Assembly (NCBI RefSeq): GCF_001194135.2
Contig: NC_068992.1
Span: 29,360,166 to 29,413,104 of the forward strand
DNA length: 52,939 bases
Reading direction: 5' to 3'
Source: Octopus bimaculoides
Lineage: Eukaryota
The translations under genes and the position numbers were made by a program. This document shows, piece by piece, positions 50,728-52,939 of this stretch. The stretch's first letter is position 1; the number at the start of each line of letters is the position of its first letter. The notes under the pieces are model-generated. The model was not told where the DNA came from. It was given only the letters and a program-made list of their open reading frames with translations, and searched no databases.

Positions 50728-51502
50728 GGTGAAAGAAATATAGTGATCGAGATAAATTGAGAACGAGAAATTATGAAAGGGAATGACAAGAAATGGAGAT
50801 GTGATGTACAAATAATAAAAGTACAAAATAATATGAAAATTGAAATAGAAATAAGTAACCAATCAGAAATGGGCATTCTACTCTTTCATATTGTATATAA
50901 TTGAAGCGTTATATTAAACATTTTTATACTTATGGAATACTTATATTTTTCACTTTCTATTTCAACAGCATCTTAAAATATCAGTTACTGCTTTTCGCAA
51001 ATACATTTTCATGCAATAAGTGCATCACCCTTATCAATTGTTAATATAAATGCATTCACTGGCACCGTATAAGCTATGTAAAGAAATTTTTGCTATCTCG
51101 GTTCTCTTCTAGATACATGTTTATTTTCGGTTATGAACCAATAAAAGCGATACGAATGAAAGAAATGCAAAACGGAAACAATGGGTAAAAAAAAAATTCC
51201 CCTCAAAGAAAGAAAGAATAAATTGAATACAACATGATATGTTTCAAAAACTCAGTTAACAAAACTATCATTAAACTGAATTTTAAACACCTCTTTTACA
51301 GAAACATCACCAAAATTAAAAGCAAGATCTAACTTTATTTTAAGATATATATTGCAATCTACATACTGGTTCACAACAATTCGCACGCATATCAATGCAT
51401 AAAAAGAAACATGTATCAATATGTACAGATACAGTCACAATGGTGATATATTGATATATGTATGCTTGTGTACCTATAGGCTTATGTATAAGTATATGTG
51501 TG

Positions 51503-51533
<31 letters not shown>

Positions 51534-52371
51534 NNNNNNNNNNNNNNNNNNNNNNNNNNNNNNNNNNNNNNNNNNNNNNNNNNNNNNNNNNNNNNNNNNN
51601 NNNNNNNNNNNNNNNNNNNNNNNNNNNNNNNNNNNNNNNNNNNNNNNNNNNNNNNNNNNNNNNNNNNNNNNNNNNNNNNNNNNNNNNNNNNNNNNNNNNN
51701 NNNNNNNNNNNNNNNNNNNNNNNNNNNNNNNNNNNNNNNNNNNNNNNNNNNNNNNNNNNNNNNNNNNNNNNNNNNNNNNNNNNNNNNNNNNNNNNNNNNN
51801 NNNNNNNNNNNNNNNNNNNNNNNNNNNNNNNNNNNNNNNNNNNNNNNNNNNNNNNNNNNNNNNNNNNNNNNNNNNNNNNNNNNNNNNNNNNNNNNNNNNN
51901 NNNNNNNNNNNNNNNNNNNNNNNNNNNNNNNNNNNNNNNNNNNNNNNNNNNNNNNNNNNNNNNNNNNNNNNNNNNNNNNNNNNNNNNNNNNNNNNNNNNN
52001 NNNNNNNNNNNNNNNNNNNNNNNNNNNNNNNNNNNNNNNNNNNNNNNNNNNNNNNNNNNNNNNNNNNNNNNNNNNNNNNNNNNNNNNNNNNNNNNNNNNN
52101 NNNNNNNNNNNNNNNNNNNNNNNNNNNNNNNNNNNNNNNNNNNNNNNNNNNNNNNNNNNNNNNNNNNNNNNNNNNNNNNNNNNNNNNNNNNNNNNNNNNN
52201 NNNNNNNNNNNNNNNNNNNNNNNNNNNNNNNNNNNNNNNNNNNNNNNNNNNNNNNNNNNATATATATATATATATATAAAAATATATAAGCACATATACA
52301 TACATACATGTACATACATACTCACAGACACACTCACACATATACACACATATATATATACATAGGTATAT

Positions 52372-52832
52372 GAAAACAACATGAATACGAAATACGAAAA
52401 CATGGAATACGAACTTTTTTGCGAACAACGCAAGAAACAAATGGAAAAGAAGACAAGTAACATAATGACGACCTTTCATCAGCTGTCGGCTGTTTATCTA
52501 TACTACATTCCGAGCAATTACGACAATATGTGTCTTCGAGAAAACAATTGCTTCCGCAAGGCTTAACAGCCCTTACTGTTTGTTTTCACATTCCTGTTTT
52601 TGCTACCAGCTTTGGCCTTCCGCAAATCCTAAATTTTACATTGCTTTGCGGGAGCAACTGCTTTCTCTAAAGCAATCTTGTGGTAATTGCTTGGAATGTG
52701 GAATAGATAAATAGCTGACAACTGATGAAGGGTCATTCTTTATGTTACTTGTCTAGTTTTCCATTTGTTTCTTTCGTTGTTCGCAAAGAAGATCGTATTC
52801 CACATTCAATACTTCGTATTTCATGTTGTTTA
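52372..52832. mobile_element. Foldback element: approximately 187-bp inverted arms (52372-52558, 52646-52832) around an approximately 87-bp spacer, each arm with a CTGATGA box
   Basis: The left arm aaacaacatgaa...ttgcgaacaacgcaagaaacaaatggaaaa..gacaagtaacataa..cctttcatcagctgtc..ttccgcaa aligns to the reverse complement of the right arm. Confidence 0.8.
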
Positions 52833-52897
52833 CGTTTTATGACGTCCTGTACCCATACATGCATATGTAAGTATGTACATATATGTATGTATATATG

Positions 52898-52933
<36 letters not shown>

Positions 52934-52939
52934 TATATA

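Overview
Eukaryotic, AT-rich, microsatellite-saturated, gap-ridden scaffold segment (16 N-runs, almost all starting and ending in microsatellites). The SINE families and repeat landscape look like an octopod cephalopod short-read assembly (inference). No complete host gene can be proven, and most ORF-track entries are microsatellite or N artefacts. What the sequence does support is a layered set of decayed mobile elements. (i) Three Penelope-like retroelements (RT and GIY-YIG remnants); two show a 5'-inverted copy of downstream terminal sequence. (ii) Several hammerhead-ribozyme or hammerhead-like motifs, best at 39511-39557, including a foldback element at 52.4-52.8 kb. (iii) R4/Dong-type restriction-like-endonuclease LINE fragments next to (TAA)n tracts, plus an apparently non-coding element with the same tail. 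(iv) An RTE LINE 3' end. (v) Five Tc1/mariner remnants (two mariner, three maT/DD37D-type). (vi) About 12 tRNA-derived SINE copies from three families. Two low-confidence minus-strand spliced exon chains (17.7-29.3 kb, Cys-rich; 1.8-4.0 kb, helical-looking) are the only host-gene candidates. I see no clearly new biological system. The most distinctive signals are the density and diversity of hammerhead-bearing Penelope derivatives and the TAA-targeted element stack.
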